64,000 nucleotides of DNA from positions 64,001-128,000 of the forward strand of contig CAWHFW010000002.1 of assembly GCA_963828735.1 (NCBI GenBank), written 5' to 3'. The position numbers and the translations under genes are program-made. Position 1 is the stretch's first letter. Every line of letters starts with the position of its first letter. Of the stretch, positions 1 to 10,499 are shown piece after piece. The notes beneath the pieces were generated by a model that saw only the letters and a list, made by a program, of their open reading frames with translations, was not told the origin of the DNA and did not search any database. Source of the DNA: an uncultured Gemmatimonadales bacterium. GTDB taxonomy: Bacteria > Gemmatimonadota > Gemmatimonadetes > Gemmatimonadales > GWC2-71-9.

Positions 1-52
1 ATCCGGCGGTCCCGGCCACGTCGTGGAGCGTCCGCGAAGCTGTAACGGCCAT
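1..52 (-). CDS. 5' end of a gene running off the window (MAVTASRTLHDVAGTAG...), product unknown
   Basis: ATG at 52 with GGAG 8 nt upstream, just after the stop of the upstream co-directional gene; only 17 codons visible. Confidence 0.45.
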   Translation of the reverse strand, partial: MAVTASRTLHDVAGTAG

Positions 53-87
53 CAATGCGTCTCCGTGCTCGTCGTCTCCGACCGCCG

Positions 88-2148
88 CTACTTCTTGGAG
101 ATCGTGCGAATCACATCCCCTGGCGTGATGCGGGTCAGCGCCGCCGTGCCGCTCACCACCTTGCCGAAGACGGTGTAGGTGCCGTCGAGATGGGGCTGCG
201 CGCTGAGGTTGATGAACCACTGACTTTCGCCGGTGTCCGGTCCCGAGAGCGCCATCCCGATCATCGGGGCGTCGTACCGGTTGCGGTTGATCTCGTCTCG
301 AATGGCGCCGCCGGGGCCGCCGAAGCCATCGCCGCGAGGATCGCCGTCCTGCACGACGAAGTTGGGCACCACGCGGTGCCAGCGATTCCGGTCGAAGAAA
401 CGCCGGTCCACCAGCCGCAGAAAGTTGTCCACGGTGAGCGGCGCGTCGGGGCCGAACAGCTCCAGCTCGATCGGCCCACGCCCCTCGGTGTCGATCACGA
501 CGTGCGGCCTCGCGAGCGAGTCGGGCGCCGTGAGATAGCGGCGCGCGAGATCGCGGTAGTCCTGCAGCGAGCGGCCGGTCGTGATCGGATGCGAGGGCCC
601 CCAGCGTGCGGCGGCCTCGGGCCACTTCTCCTCGGCCCACCGCCGGATGAGGTAGTCGCCGGGACGGGCCGACCCCTGGAGGAACTCCCGGTCCACGCGA
701 TTCTGGGCCGCCTCCCCGCTCTGCCGAATCGCCAGGATCGCGTCGAGCGCCGAGAGGGCTGCCTCGGGAAACGAATCATGCCCCGTCGCCTGGTACATCC
801 GCGTGAGCGCTGGCAGATCGGCCGGGTCGGCGGCGCGCGCGACCGCGTCGGCGGCAACGCTCCGGACCGCCGCGTCCCGGTGCGCGAGGAGCGGTCGCGC
901 GGCGGCCAGGAGCGCCGCATCCGGTCCCTCGATCCTTTCCGACCACGCCTGGAGCCCGGCTGCAACGACGCGGCCGTCGCGATCGGCGAGGAAGGCCGGC
1001 GACGGGCCGGGCCCGGCGTTCGCCGTTCCCTGCGCGGCGGCGGCGCGGTCCAGCCAGTCGGTGCTCGTTCGCCAGCGGGCTGCCGCCTGCTCGAAGGCCG
1101 CGGAATCCACCCGGGCGAGCGCTACAAGCGCGGCGCGGCGCAGCGCGGCGGCGCTCTTCCCGCTCGCGACGCGCGCCAGGCCCTTGGCCGCCTCCGGGCC
1201 GCCGAGCTCGCCCAGGGCTTCGGCCGCCTGCAGCTGGATGCCCGAGAGCGGGTCGTCGAGCATCGGAACGATCTTCGAGGCGAGGGTCGAGTCCTTGTAG
1301 CTCTCGAGCGATCGGAGCGCGTTGATACGGACCTGCGGGCTCGGATCGTCCGCGGCGCGCAGGAGCAGCGATGCGACCGACGACCGCGCGAGCTTGGTCG
1401 ACGCCACGTAGCTCTGCGTCAGCGTCCGCGCGGCGAGCGACCGGATGTAGGCCTCCGGGTCGTGCAGAACGAGCAGCAGGCGATTCCCCGCTTCGGGCGC
1501 CCGAAGGCGTCCGAGCGAGTAGACCGCGCGGAGCCGCGGACTGGCCAGCGTATCGTCCACGTACGGCAGCAATCCCGTCACCGGGGCATCCGGGCCCAGC
1601 CGCCACGATTCGCCGAGGATCGCGAGGAACGCCGGCGTCCGATCGTCCTGGGAGAGGGTCACTTTGCCTCCCAGCACGCCGCTGAAGAAGTCACCGCTCT
1701 TCGGCCCTCCGATCTTCGCCAGCGCGGTCACGGCCTCGGCCGCGGTGGTGGCATCAAGTCCCGGGAGGCCGGTCAACCGGTCTACCAGGGGCTGAATCGC
1801 GGCCGTGTCCCGGAGCAGGCCCAGGGCGAACGCCGCCGCTACCCGCACCGTGGTGTCGGGATCGGCGAGGAGCGGCACGACGAGCGACGTGGCCCTGACG
1901 TCGCCGATCCGGCCGGCGCCGAGCGCGGCGATCCGCCGGACGAGCGAGTCCGGCGCCACCAGCGCTCGCCGGAACAGGTCGGACTGGAAATCCCGCGCGT
2001 CCTCGGCCGCCAACACGGGAGCGAGCTGCTCGACGACGCTCTGCTCCTGTGCGGCGAGCGGGCGCGCGATCGAGAGGCCGAGGACCAGACCGCACCAAGC
2101 CAGGGCCCGCGGCGCTCGGGGCCCGGGCAACAGATCGCGTCTATGCAC
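88..2148 (-). CDS. Exported HEAT-repeat protein with C-terminal cyclophilin-type peptidyl-prolyl isomerase domain
   Basis: Signal-like N-terminus ending LAAQ; repeated DPDxxVRxAAAxALG HEAT units; C-terminal WHRVVPNFVVQDGDP, SQWFINL, HLDGTYTVFGKV. GTG start at 2148 chosen from overlap with the upstream stop. Confidence 0.9.
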   Translation of the reverse strand: MHRRDLLPGPRAPRALAWCGLVLGLSIARPLAAQEQSVVEQLAPVLAAEDARDFQSDLFRRALVAPDSLVRRIAALGAGRIGDVRATSLVVPLLADPDTTVRVAAAFALGLLRDTAAIQPLVDRLTGLPGLDATTAAEAVTALAKIGGPKSGDFFSGVLGGKVTLSQDDRTPAFLAILGESWRLGPDAPVTGLLPYVDDTLASPRLRAVYSLGRLRAPEAGNRLLLVLHDPEAYIRSLAARTLTQSYVASTKLARSSVASLLLRAADDPSPQVRINALRSLESYKDSTLASKIVPMLDDPLSGIQLQAAEALGELGGPEAAKGLARVASGKSAAALRRAALVALARVDSAAFEQAAARWRTSTDWLDRAAAAQGTANAGPGPSPAFLADRDGRVVAAGLQAWSERIEGPDAALLAAARPLLAHRDAAVRSVAADAVARAADPADLPALTRMYQATGHDSFPEAALSALDAILAIRQSGEAAQNRVDREFLQGSARPGDYLIRRWAEEKWPEAAARWGPSHPITTGRSLQDYRDLARRYLTAPDSLARPHVVIDTEGRGPIELELFGPDAPLTVDNFLRLVDRRFFDRNRWHRVVPNFVVQDGDPRGDGFGGPGGAIRDEINRNRYDAPMIGMALSGPDTGESQWFINLSAQPHLDGTYTVFGKVVSGTAALTRITPGDVIRTISKK

Positions 2149-2605
2149 TCGGCGTCCCCTGCGTCGCTGAGGTGAGCCCAAGGTTGATCGGGTCCGGGAT
2201 CGGGTGCAGCATGGCTCGAACGTCGCCGGGCAACCGGGCGAGCGCCATCGAGGCGTCCAGCGCGAGCAGCGCCACCGACGCAGTGGCCAGGAGGCGGCCA
2301 TCCTCCGCATGCTCCACGGCATAGCCGAACGTGACCCGCCGCGTGGCGACCTCCCGGACCCAGCAGCGGACGCGGACCAGGTCATCGAAGCGAGCCGGCT
2401 GCCGGTAGCGGATGGCCAGCTCACTCACGGCGAGCCGAAGCCCGGCGGTCTCGAGGTCGCGATAGCTCGCCCCACACCCGCGCAAATGCTCGGTACGGGC
2501 CACGTCCAGCCAAACGAGATACTGTGCGTGATAGGCGACGCCCATCTGGTCGGTCTCGGAGTAGTTCACCCGGACCAGGGTTTCGGAGACGGTCGGAGCC
2601 GTCAT
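2141..2605 (-). CDS. Acyl-CoA thioesterase, YbgC/FadM (4HBT) family
   Basis: RVNYSETDQMGVAYHAQYLVWLDVARTE motif; ATG at 2605 with GAGAGG upstream. Confidence 0.9.
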   Translation of the reverse strand: MTAPTVSETLVRVNYSETDQMGVAYHAQYLVWLDVARTEHLRGCGASYRDLETAGLRLAVSELAIRYRQPARFDDLVRVRCWVREVATRRVTFGYAVEHAEDGRLLATASVALLALDASMALARLPGDVRAMLHPIPDPINLGLTSATQGTPSA

Positions 2606-2677
2606 GCCGGCCTCTCGGGGTTGGTGACGCTCGGCGGGCGGGGGACTGACACGCCGGCCGCCGGATGTGGGGCTCGG

Positions 2678-2706
2678 TTGCCTCGCCGTGCGGAGGGGTC
2701 CATCTT
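2678..2706 (+). promoter_or_regulatory. Putative sigma70 promoter of lpxH (probably leaderless)
   Basis: TTGCCT-N17-CATCTT, then 7 nt to the GTG at 2714. Confidence 0.5.
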
Positions 2707-2713
2707 TGGCGCC

Positions 2714-3481
2714 GTGTTGGGCCAAACACTCGTCGTCGTATCCGATGCCCATCTCGGCGTGACGCCTCCGGCGACCGAGGCGGGCCTGCTGTCGTTTCTC
2801 GAGGCCGTTCCCGACCTCGGGGACTGCCTGCTCGTCAACGGCGACCTCTTCGACTTCTGGTTTTCCTACGGCCGCGTCATCCCGCGTCGTGGTTTTCACG
2901 TGGCGGCGGCACTCGCCCGGCTCCGTCTCCGCGTGCCGATCGTGATGGTCGGCGGCAATCACGATCGCTGGGGTGGGGATTTCTGGGTGCGGGACATCGG
3001 CATCCGGTTTGAGCCGCACCGGGCCACGTTCGAGCTGGGGACCCGCCGCGTCGCCGCCATCCACGGCGACGGTCTGACCGAGCCTCGGCTTCGGGCCACC
3101 CTCCTCCACCGGGCGATCAACCACCCCTTCACCGCCGTCGTCTATCGCGCCATCCACCCCGAGATCGGACTCAGGGTCGTGGACGCGCTGAGCCCGCATC
3201 TCGGGGACCATAGCCCCGACCCGGCGAAGCTCGCCCGCGCGGTGGAGCGACAGACCACGTGGGTGAGCGCCCTGCTCGAGCGGGAACCGGAGCTCGGCCT
3301 CGTCATCATGGGCCACACCCACCAGGCGGCGCTGGCCGAGGTCGCGCCGGGACGGCACTACCTCAACCCCGGGGCCTGGTTCGACGGCTTTCGCTACGCG
3401 ATCGCGACCGAGAGCGGCGCCGAGCTCCGCCACTTCAATCCAGCGGTACCACCTCCGCCGCTCCCAGTCGCTCGCCGATAA
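2714..3481 (+). CDS. lpxH: UDP-2,3-diacylglucosamine diphosphatase (LpxH-like metallophosphoesterase)
   Basis: SDAHLG, NGDLFDFW, GNHD, IHGDG, MGHTH, YLNPGAW motifs. Confidence 0.8.
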   Translation: MLGQTLVVVSDAHLGVTPPATEAGLLSFLEAVPDLGDCLLVNGDLFDFWFSYGRVIPRRGFHVAAALARLRLRVPIVMVGGNHDRWGGDFWVRDIGIRFEPHRATFELGTRRVAAIHGDGLTEPRLRATLLHRAINHPFTAVVYRAIHPEIGLRVVDALSPHLGDHSPDPAKLARAVERQTTWVSALLEREPELGLVIMGHTHQAALAEVAPGRHYLNPGAWFDGFRYAIATESGAELRHFNPAVPPPPLPVARR

Positions 3482-4235
3482 AGCGCGCGCCAACCTGCCG
3501 AAACCGCGCCTCGTCGTCGCTGACGGCAAAGCGGTGCGTGGCCTGGGTCCCTTGTGGCGCCTCGAGCCCGCTTCGCTCCAGCACGCGCGCCACGACGGCC
3601 GCGGTCTCCTCGCCACTGTCGATGAGCCGGACATCTGGACCCATGACTCGCTGCAGCAGCGGCTTGAGCAGCGGATAGTGGGTGCAGCCCAGCACCAGCG
3701 TGTCCACCCGCGCGCGGCGCAGGGGCTCGAGGTACTCGTGGGCGATGAGCTCAGCGGCGGGGTGGTCGAACCACCCTTCTTCGACCAGGGGCACGAAGAG
3801 CGGGCATGGCCGCTGCTCGACCCGGGCCTCGGGCCTGCGACGCTGAATCGCCCGCGCGTACGCGTTGCTCGCGATGGTGCCGGCGGTGCCGATCACGCCG
3901 ATCGGCCCCGCCGCCGAGGCAGCGCCCGCCGCGCGCGCGCCCGGCTCGATCACACCGATGACCGGCACCGGCGAGTGCTTCTGCAGTGTCTCGAGCGCGT
4001 GCGCGGTGCTCGTGTTGCAGGCGATGACGACCGCCTTCACTCCCTGCCCCAGCAGCCAGTCGAGGATTTCGAGGCTGTAGCGCGTCACCGTCTCCGGTGA
4101 CTTGGGCCCGTACGGCACGCGGGCCGTATCGCCGAAGTAGACGGTGGACTCATGCGGCAGGCACTCGTAGACGGCGCGGGCCACGGTGAGCCCGCCGATG
4201 CCGGAATCGAAGATCCCGATCGGAGCGGCGTTCAT
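3435..4235 (-). CDS. murI: Glutamate racemase
   Basis: IGIFDSGIGGLTV, GDTARVPYGPKS, IACNTS, LVLGCTHYPLL. Confidence 0.97.
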   Translation of the reverse strand: MNAAPIGIFDSGIGGLTVARAVYECLPHESTVYFGDTARVPYGPKSPETVTRYSLEILDWLLGQGVKAVVIACNTSTAHALETLQKHSPVPVIGVIEPGARAAGAASAAGPIGVIGTAGTIASNAYARAIQRRRPEARVEQRPCPLFVPLVEEGWFDHPAAELIAHEYLEPLRRARVDTLVLGCTHYPLLKPLLQRVMGPDVRLIDSGEETAAVVARVLERSGLEAPQGTQATHRFAVSDDEARFRQVGARFIGERLGAAEVVPLD

Positions 4236-4741
4236 GGGACGCGGAACGGAACGGAGACGGTGCCGCCCACGCCGCCTCCCGGGACCGCTTCCAGGTGCAA
4301 GTCCGCGGGAAAGTCGCTCAGGTGCGCGGACACGTAGGCTTCGAGGCCCGAGAACAGATGGTTGAACGCCAGGAGTACGAGCCAGTCCTCGTGTTCACGC
4401 CGCTTGTCCTCGGCGCGGGCGGAGTTGGTGCGCCGGAGGTAGTCCAGCTCGTGGCGCGTCTTGAGGCTCATGCCGAGGGTGGTCCCTTCCCAAGCGATGA
4501 AGATCCCGGCCGTGAGCTTCCGTCCCAGTGTGGCCTGACCCCAGCCGGGCAGAAGGAAGGAGCGCCAGAATGCGTTCATCGGACTGGTATGGAGGGCGAG
4601 CGAGTCCCCGACCGTGCCGCGGCCGGCGGGAGCGGAGACTGTCGTGGAATCCTGCGCGGCCGCGCGCGAGCCGGGGTGACCGAGGGATGCGGCCACCAGC
4701 ACGAGAAGACCGCCGAGCGACCGGGCCACGCGGAGCGTCAT
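4232..4741 (-). CDS. Exported/membrane hypothetical protein (DUF5683-like)
   Basis: Signal peptide; AFWRSFLLPGWGQ and EAYVSAHL motifs; ATGA coupling to murI. Confidence 0.65.
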   Translation of the reverse strand: MTLRVARSLGGLLVLVAASLGHPGSRAAAQDSTTVSAPAGRGTVGDSLALHTSPMNAFWRSFLLPGWGQATLGRKLTAGIFIAWEGTTLGMSLKTRHELDYLRRTNSARAEDKRREHEDWLVLLAFNHLFSGLEAYVSAHLSDFPADLHLEAVPGGGVGGTVSVPFRVP

Positions 4742-4776
4742 GTCAGGGGCATCCCGGAGAGGGTGGCGGCTGCTGG

Positions 4777-4874
4777 TGGCGGGAGCGTGTGAGAATCGAA
4801 CTCACCAGAGCCGCCGGAGGCGTCTCCGTCGCGGTTTTGAAGACCGGCCAAGCCACCAGGCCCGATCCGCTCCC
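4777..4874 (-). tRNA. selC: tRNA-Sec (anticodon UCA)
   Basis: Minus strand GGGAGCGG..., 6-bp D stem with TGGT loop, anticodon loop CTTCAAA, long variable arm, T arm GTGAG-TTCGATT-CTCAC, ends CGCTCCC-G-CCA; 98 nt. Confidence 0.93.
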
Positions 4875-4878
4875 AACG

Positions 4879-5264
4879 TCAGGAAGGTAATACCGCCACG
4901 GCGTCGATCTCGACGCGCGCGCCACGGGGGAGCGCGGCGACGGCAACCGTGGAACGTGCCGGCCGATGGTCGCCGAAGGCCCGTGCGTAGACGGTATTCA
5001 TGGCGGCGAAGTCGGCCATGTCCACCAGGTAGACTGTGGTCTTCACGATGCTGGACAACTCGAGACGCTCGGCCTCGAGAATCGCGCGGATGTTGGCGAG
5101 AACGCGCTCCGTCTGCTCCGAGATGTCGCCGTCCACCAGCTCGCCGGTAGCGGGATCGAAGCCCACCTGGCCGGCGGTGAAGAGCAGCCCGTTGGCGCGG
5201 GTGGCCTGGCTGTACGGGCCGATGGCGCGCGGCGCGTTTGGGGTCGAGACGAAACCGATCGACA

Positions 5265-5265
<1 letters not shown>
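4879..5265 (-). CDS. ridA: RidA/YjgF enamine deaminase
   Basis: APRAIGPYSQA, AGQVG, KTTVYL, PARSTVAVAALPRGARVEI. Confidence 0.92.
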
Positions 5266-6938
<1,673 letters not shown>

Positions 6939-6962
6939 CGGAGGGCTCCCGGGGCTAGGGGT

Positions 6963-7718
6963 TCACAGGCCGAAAGCGCGCGCCGCGTTGGCGGCCGTGG
7001 CGGCGATCAGCTCCTCGACCGGGAGGCCGCGCACCGCGGCGATCCGCTCGGCCGTATGGCGCACGAAGGCCGGCTCGTTCCGCTTCCCGCGGTGGGGCAC
7101 GGGGGCCAAGTACGGTCCGTCCGTCTCCACCAGGATCCGGTCGAGTGGGGTCTCGAGGATGGCCTGATCCAGATGCCAGTTCTTGAAGGTCACCATCCCG
7201 CTGAACGACACATAGTGGCGGAGGTCCAGCCCCGCCCGCAAGAGCCCCGGGCCGCTGCTGAACGAGTGCAGGATGGCAGGCACGTCGGCATGGGCCCGGA
7301 GCACCGCCGCCACGTCGTCGTCGGCCTCGCGGGCATGGATCACGGCCGCCTTCCCCGCCTCCCGCGCCAGACCGAGTTGGACCTCGAAGACGCGGCGCTG
7401 CGCCGCGCGCGGCGAGTGGTCGTAGTGATAGTCCAGCCCCATCTCGCCGGCGGCGACCACCTCAGGTCGCCGGAGCGTCGCTCGGAGCCAGTCCCGCGCG
7501 GAATCCGACCATCCACTCGCGTCGTGAGGGTGCACGCCGGCGGTCACGACAATCCGGGGATCCGTCGCCGCCAACGCGAGGGCGCGGTCCGCGGCCGTCC
7601 GGCTCTCGCCGATCGCGACAATCCGCGTGAGGCCGGACGCCCAGGCCCGCGCCAGCACCTCACCCCGGTCGGGGTCGTAGGCGGGGTCGGCGAGATGGCA
7701 ATGGGTGTCGATGAGCAT
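6963..7718 (-). CDS. tatD: TatD family DNase
   Basis: MLIDTHCHL, GVHPH, GEMGLDY, IHAREA, LVETDGPYLAPVPHRGKRNEP. Confidence 0.95.
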   Translation of the reverse strand: MLIDTHCHLADPAYDPDRGEVLARAWASGLTRIVAIGESRTAADRALALAATDPRIVVTAGVHPHDASGWSDSARDWLRATLRRPEVVAAGEMGLDYHYDHSPRAAQRRVFEVQLGLAREAGKAAVIHAREADDDVAAVLRAHADVPAILHSFSSGPGLLRAGLDLRHYVSFSGMVTFKNWHLDQAILETPLDRILVETDGPYLAPVPHRGKRNEPAFVRHTAERIAAVRGLPVEELIAATAANAARAFGL

Positions 7719-7730
7719 GGGAACGGTCGT

Positions 7731-7773
7731 GGGGTCGCGAGTCGTGGGTGGCCACCCCATGACTCACGACCCC
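7731..7773. repeat. Intergenic imperfect inverted repeat built from GGGTCGT-like heptamers
   Basis: GGGGTCGCGAGTCGTGGG pairs with CCCATGACTCACGACCCC (G:U and one mismatch) between secF and tatD. Confidence 0.55.
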
Positions 7774-7787
7774 GACCCCCGACAGGC

Positions 7788-8780
7788 CTAGGCGACCGGC
7801 GCGGTCTTCCGTCCGCCGCCGGAAACGGGAGCAGCGGGCGCGGCCGCCGGGGCAAGATGGCCCTTGGCCAGCTGCCCGGGCCAGCGCTTCTCGATCGCCA
7901 TGAGCACAGGCGACGCGATGTAGATGGACGAGAACGTTCCGGTGAACACGCCGAAGAACATGACCAGCGCGAACGGCCGGATGACCTCGCCACCGAAGAC
8001 GCTCAGCGCCAGCAGCGAGGAGAGCGTGGTCCCGTGGGTGAGGACGCTCCGTGGCAGGGTCTCGTTGATGGAGCGGTTGAGGATCTGCTCGAACGTTTCC
8101 TTCTTGTGCTTCTTCAGGTTCTCGCGGACACGATCGAAGATGATGATCGTGTCGTTGAGCGAATAGCCCACCATCGAGAGCACCGCTGCCACTACGGTCA
8201 GGCTCACCTCGAGCCGGAGGATGGCGATAAAGGCGATGGTCGCCACGATGTCGTGCGCCGTCGCGGCGACGGCCGCGAGCCCGAACCGCCACTCGAACCG
8301 GTAGGCGAGGTAGGCCAGCACCGCGAAGAAGGAGAGGAAGATGGCCAGGAAGGCCTTGGTGCGAAGCTCGCCGCCCACCTTGGGGCCGACGGCCTCGATC
8401 CGCGTGATCGTGAAGTTGCCATCGCCGAGCACTCGAGTGAGCGCTCCGCGCACGGCATCCCCGGTCGCCTGGGTATCGTTGGCGTCGGTGCCGGGCTTGG
8501 GCACCCGGGCGCGTACCACGAATTCGTTGGGAGCGCCGAAGTTCTGGATCTCGGCGCCATGAATGCCTTCCCGGTCGAGGCCAGTGCGCACCGCGGCGAC
8601 GTCCACCGGCTTCTTGCTCTCCACCTGGATCAGCGTGCCGCCGGTGAACTCGATGCTGTAGTTCAGTCCATGGACCAGCAGGAACACGACGCCCGGAAGG
8701 ATGAAGAGCGCCGTCAGGCCGTAGGCGTACCGCCGGACCGCGATGAAATCGTACTTGGCGTTGGCGAAGAGTCTCAGCAT
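7788..8780 (-). CDS. secF: Protein translocase subunit SecF
   Basis: GLNYSIEFTGG, VGPKVGGEL, HDI, GYSLNDTIIIFDRVRE, SINETLPRS. Confidence 0.97.
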   Translation of the reverse strand: MLRLFANAKYDFIAVRRYAYGLTALFILPGVVFLLVHGLNYSIEFTGGTLIQVESKKPVDVAAVRTGLDREGIHGAEIQNFGAPNEFVVRARVPKPGTDANDTQATGDAVRGALTRVLGDGNFTITRIEAVGPKVGGELRTKAFLAIFLSFFAVLAYLAYRFEWRFGLAAVAATAHDIVATIAFIAILRLEVSLTVVAAVLSMVGYSLNDTIIIFDRVRENLKKHKKETFEQILNRSINETLPRSVLTHGTTLSSLLALSVFGGEVIRPFALVMFFGVFTGTFSSIYIASPVLMAIEKRWPGQLAKGHLAPAAAPAAPVSGGGRKTAPVA

Positions 8781-8781
8781 G

Positions 8782-10497
8782 TCAGATGCTCAGGGTTGAC
8801 ATGGTCGGCCGGCGCTGCAGCCAGATCATGAAGAAGGTGCGGGTGACGAAGACCGCCGTGATCATCGAGGCGACGATGCCCATGATCAGGGTGACCGCGA
8901 ATCCCTTGACCGGCCCGGTGCCGAACTGGAACAGGAAGAGCGCCGTCAGGACCGTGCTGACGTTCGAGTCGATGATCGCGTTCATGGCGTGCTTGAATCC
9001 CTCGTCCACCGAGAGGCGCACCGTCTTGCCGTGCAGCAGCTCCTCGCGGATGCGCTCGAAGATCAGCACGTTGGCGTCCACCGCGATGCCGACCGACAGC
9101 ACGATGCCCGCGAGGCCCGGCAGGGTGAGCGTCGCGTCGATCATCGACAGCCCGCCGAGGGTGAACAGGATGTAGAGCGCGAGGGCCGCCACCGCGAGCA
9201 CGCCGCTCATACGGTAGAAGACCAGCATGATCAGGATGACCATCGCCGTGCCGACGATCCCGGCCGTGATGCCGTCCTTGATCGAGTCCTGGCCCAGGCT
9301 CGCGCCAACCTGGCGCTCCTCGACGATCTTGAGCGGGATCGGCAGCGCGCCGGCCTTGAGCGTGAGCGCCAGGTCCTGCGCTTCCTGCAGGCTCTTGTTG
9401 CCGAGGGTGATCTGCCCGTTCCGGCCGATCCGGCTCTGAATCACCGGCGGGCGGCCCTGCACCCGGCCGTCGAGCAGGATCGCCATGAAGTCGCCCACGT
9501 GGCGGCCCGTCTCGTCCCCGAACTTCCGGCCGCCGGCGCGGTCGAGCTGGAAGGTGACGATGGCGCCCTGGGTCAGCTGGTCGATCGTGGCCTGCGCGTC
9601 CTCGAGGTTGCTGCCGGTGACGATCGGCCGGTCGTCGAGGACGTAGAGGAAGCGGTAGGGCTGGACCCCGATGCTGGTGGGCGCCGACGACCAGCGGAGC
9701 ACCAGGCCGCGCGGGAGCTGCCGAGCCACGGCCGGGATGTTGAGCAGGCTGTCCACCCGCGGGAAGGCCGGCTCGGGCACGACGTACTCGCCCGGCGTAT
9801 TCGACCCGCCGACCGCGCCCGCCGGCTGAATCAGTCCGGCCAGGACGCCGCCCGCCGCGGGACCGGCCGAGTCGGCGGCGGTGCTGTCTTTGGCCGTGCT
9901 GTCCTTGCCGGCGGTCTTGCCGGCGGCCTTGCCGGAGGTCTTCCCCGCCGCCGCCTTCTTGGCCGAGTCGCCGCCGAGCAGCTGCTCCACGGCCGAGGGC
10001 TTGCCGGTCGTGGTGTCGCCCTTGATCCCGAGCCCGCGCAGGGTCCGATCCATCGCGGGCAGGGCCTTCTCGAGGGCGTTGGTCTTGTCCGTGATCCGGA
10101 ACTCGAGGAACGCGCTGCGCTGCACGATCGCCTTCGCGCGTCCGGGCTCGGTGATGCCGGCGAGCTCGACCACGATCCGATCGTCCCCGGCCTTCTGCAC
10201 CAGGGGCTCCTCGACCCCGAACTCGTCGATGCGCTTGCGCAGCACGGTGAGCGCGAGATCGAGGTCCCGCTTGGGATCGGCCGACACCTGCTTCGACTGA
10301 TCGAGCTCGAGGGCGAGGTGCATGCCACCCTGGAGGTCGAGGCCGCGCTTGAGCGGGACCCGGGTGACCACGGTGTCGCGCATGACCCCGTTGCTCCCGC
10401 GTTCGCGCAGGGTGACGGTCCTGGGGAAGAGGAAGTAGATCGAGCCGATGACGAGCAGCACGATCACGATCACGCGGGATCGAATGGAGGAGAACAT
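8782..10497 (-). CDS. secD: Protein translocase subunit SecD
   Basis: GLDLQGG, RIDEFGVEEP, LKAGALP, TLTLPGLAG, AVDANVLIFERIREE. Confidence 0.97.
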   Translation of the reverse strand: MFSSIRSRVIVIVLLVIGSIYFLFPRTVTLRERGSNGVMRDTVVTRVPLKRGLDLQGGMHLALELDQSKQVSADPKRDLDLALTVLRKRIDEFGVEEPLVQKAGDDRIVVELAGITEPGRAKAIVQRSAFLEFRITDKTNALEKALPAMDRTLRGLGIKGDTTTGKPSAVEQLLGGDSAKKAAAGKTSGKAAGKTAGKDSTAKDSTAADSAGPAAGGVLAGLIQPAGAVGGSNTPGEYVVPEPAFPRVDSLLNIPAVARQLPRGLVLRWSSAPTSIGVQPYRFLYVLDDRPIVTGSNLEDAQATIDQLTQGAIVTFQLDRAGGRKFGDETGRHVGDFMAILLDGRVQGRPPVIQSRIGRNGQITLGNKSLQEAQDLALTLKAGALPIPLKIVEERQVGASLGQDSIKDGITAGIVGTAMVILIMLVFYRMSGVLAVAALALYILFTLGGLSMIDATLTLPGLAGIVLSVGIAVDANVLIFERIREELLHGKTVRLSVDEGFKHAMNAIIDSNVSTVLTALFLFQFGTGPVKGFAVTLIMGIVASMITAVFVTRTFFMIWLQRRPTMSTLSI

Positions 10498-10499
10498 CG

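Noticed and set aside
55..2175. Long antisense or off-frame ORFs (e.g. 55-2175, 6489-8831, 13396-15282, 50590-52962, 50633-53623)
   Set aside because: Shadows of real genes in very high-GC DNA where stop codons are rare; Arg/Gly/Ala-rich with no motifs
3435..3481. 47-nt convergent overlap of lpxH and murI 3' ends
   Set aside because: Common in compact high-GC genomes; the overlapping lpxH tail is low-complexity
4740..4780. Island integrated at the selC 3' end
   Set aside because: No duplicated tRNA 3' end and no integrase seen; flanks are core genes
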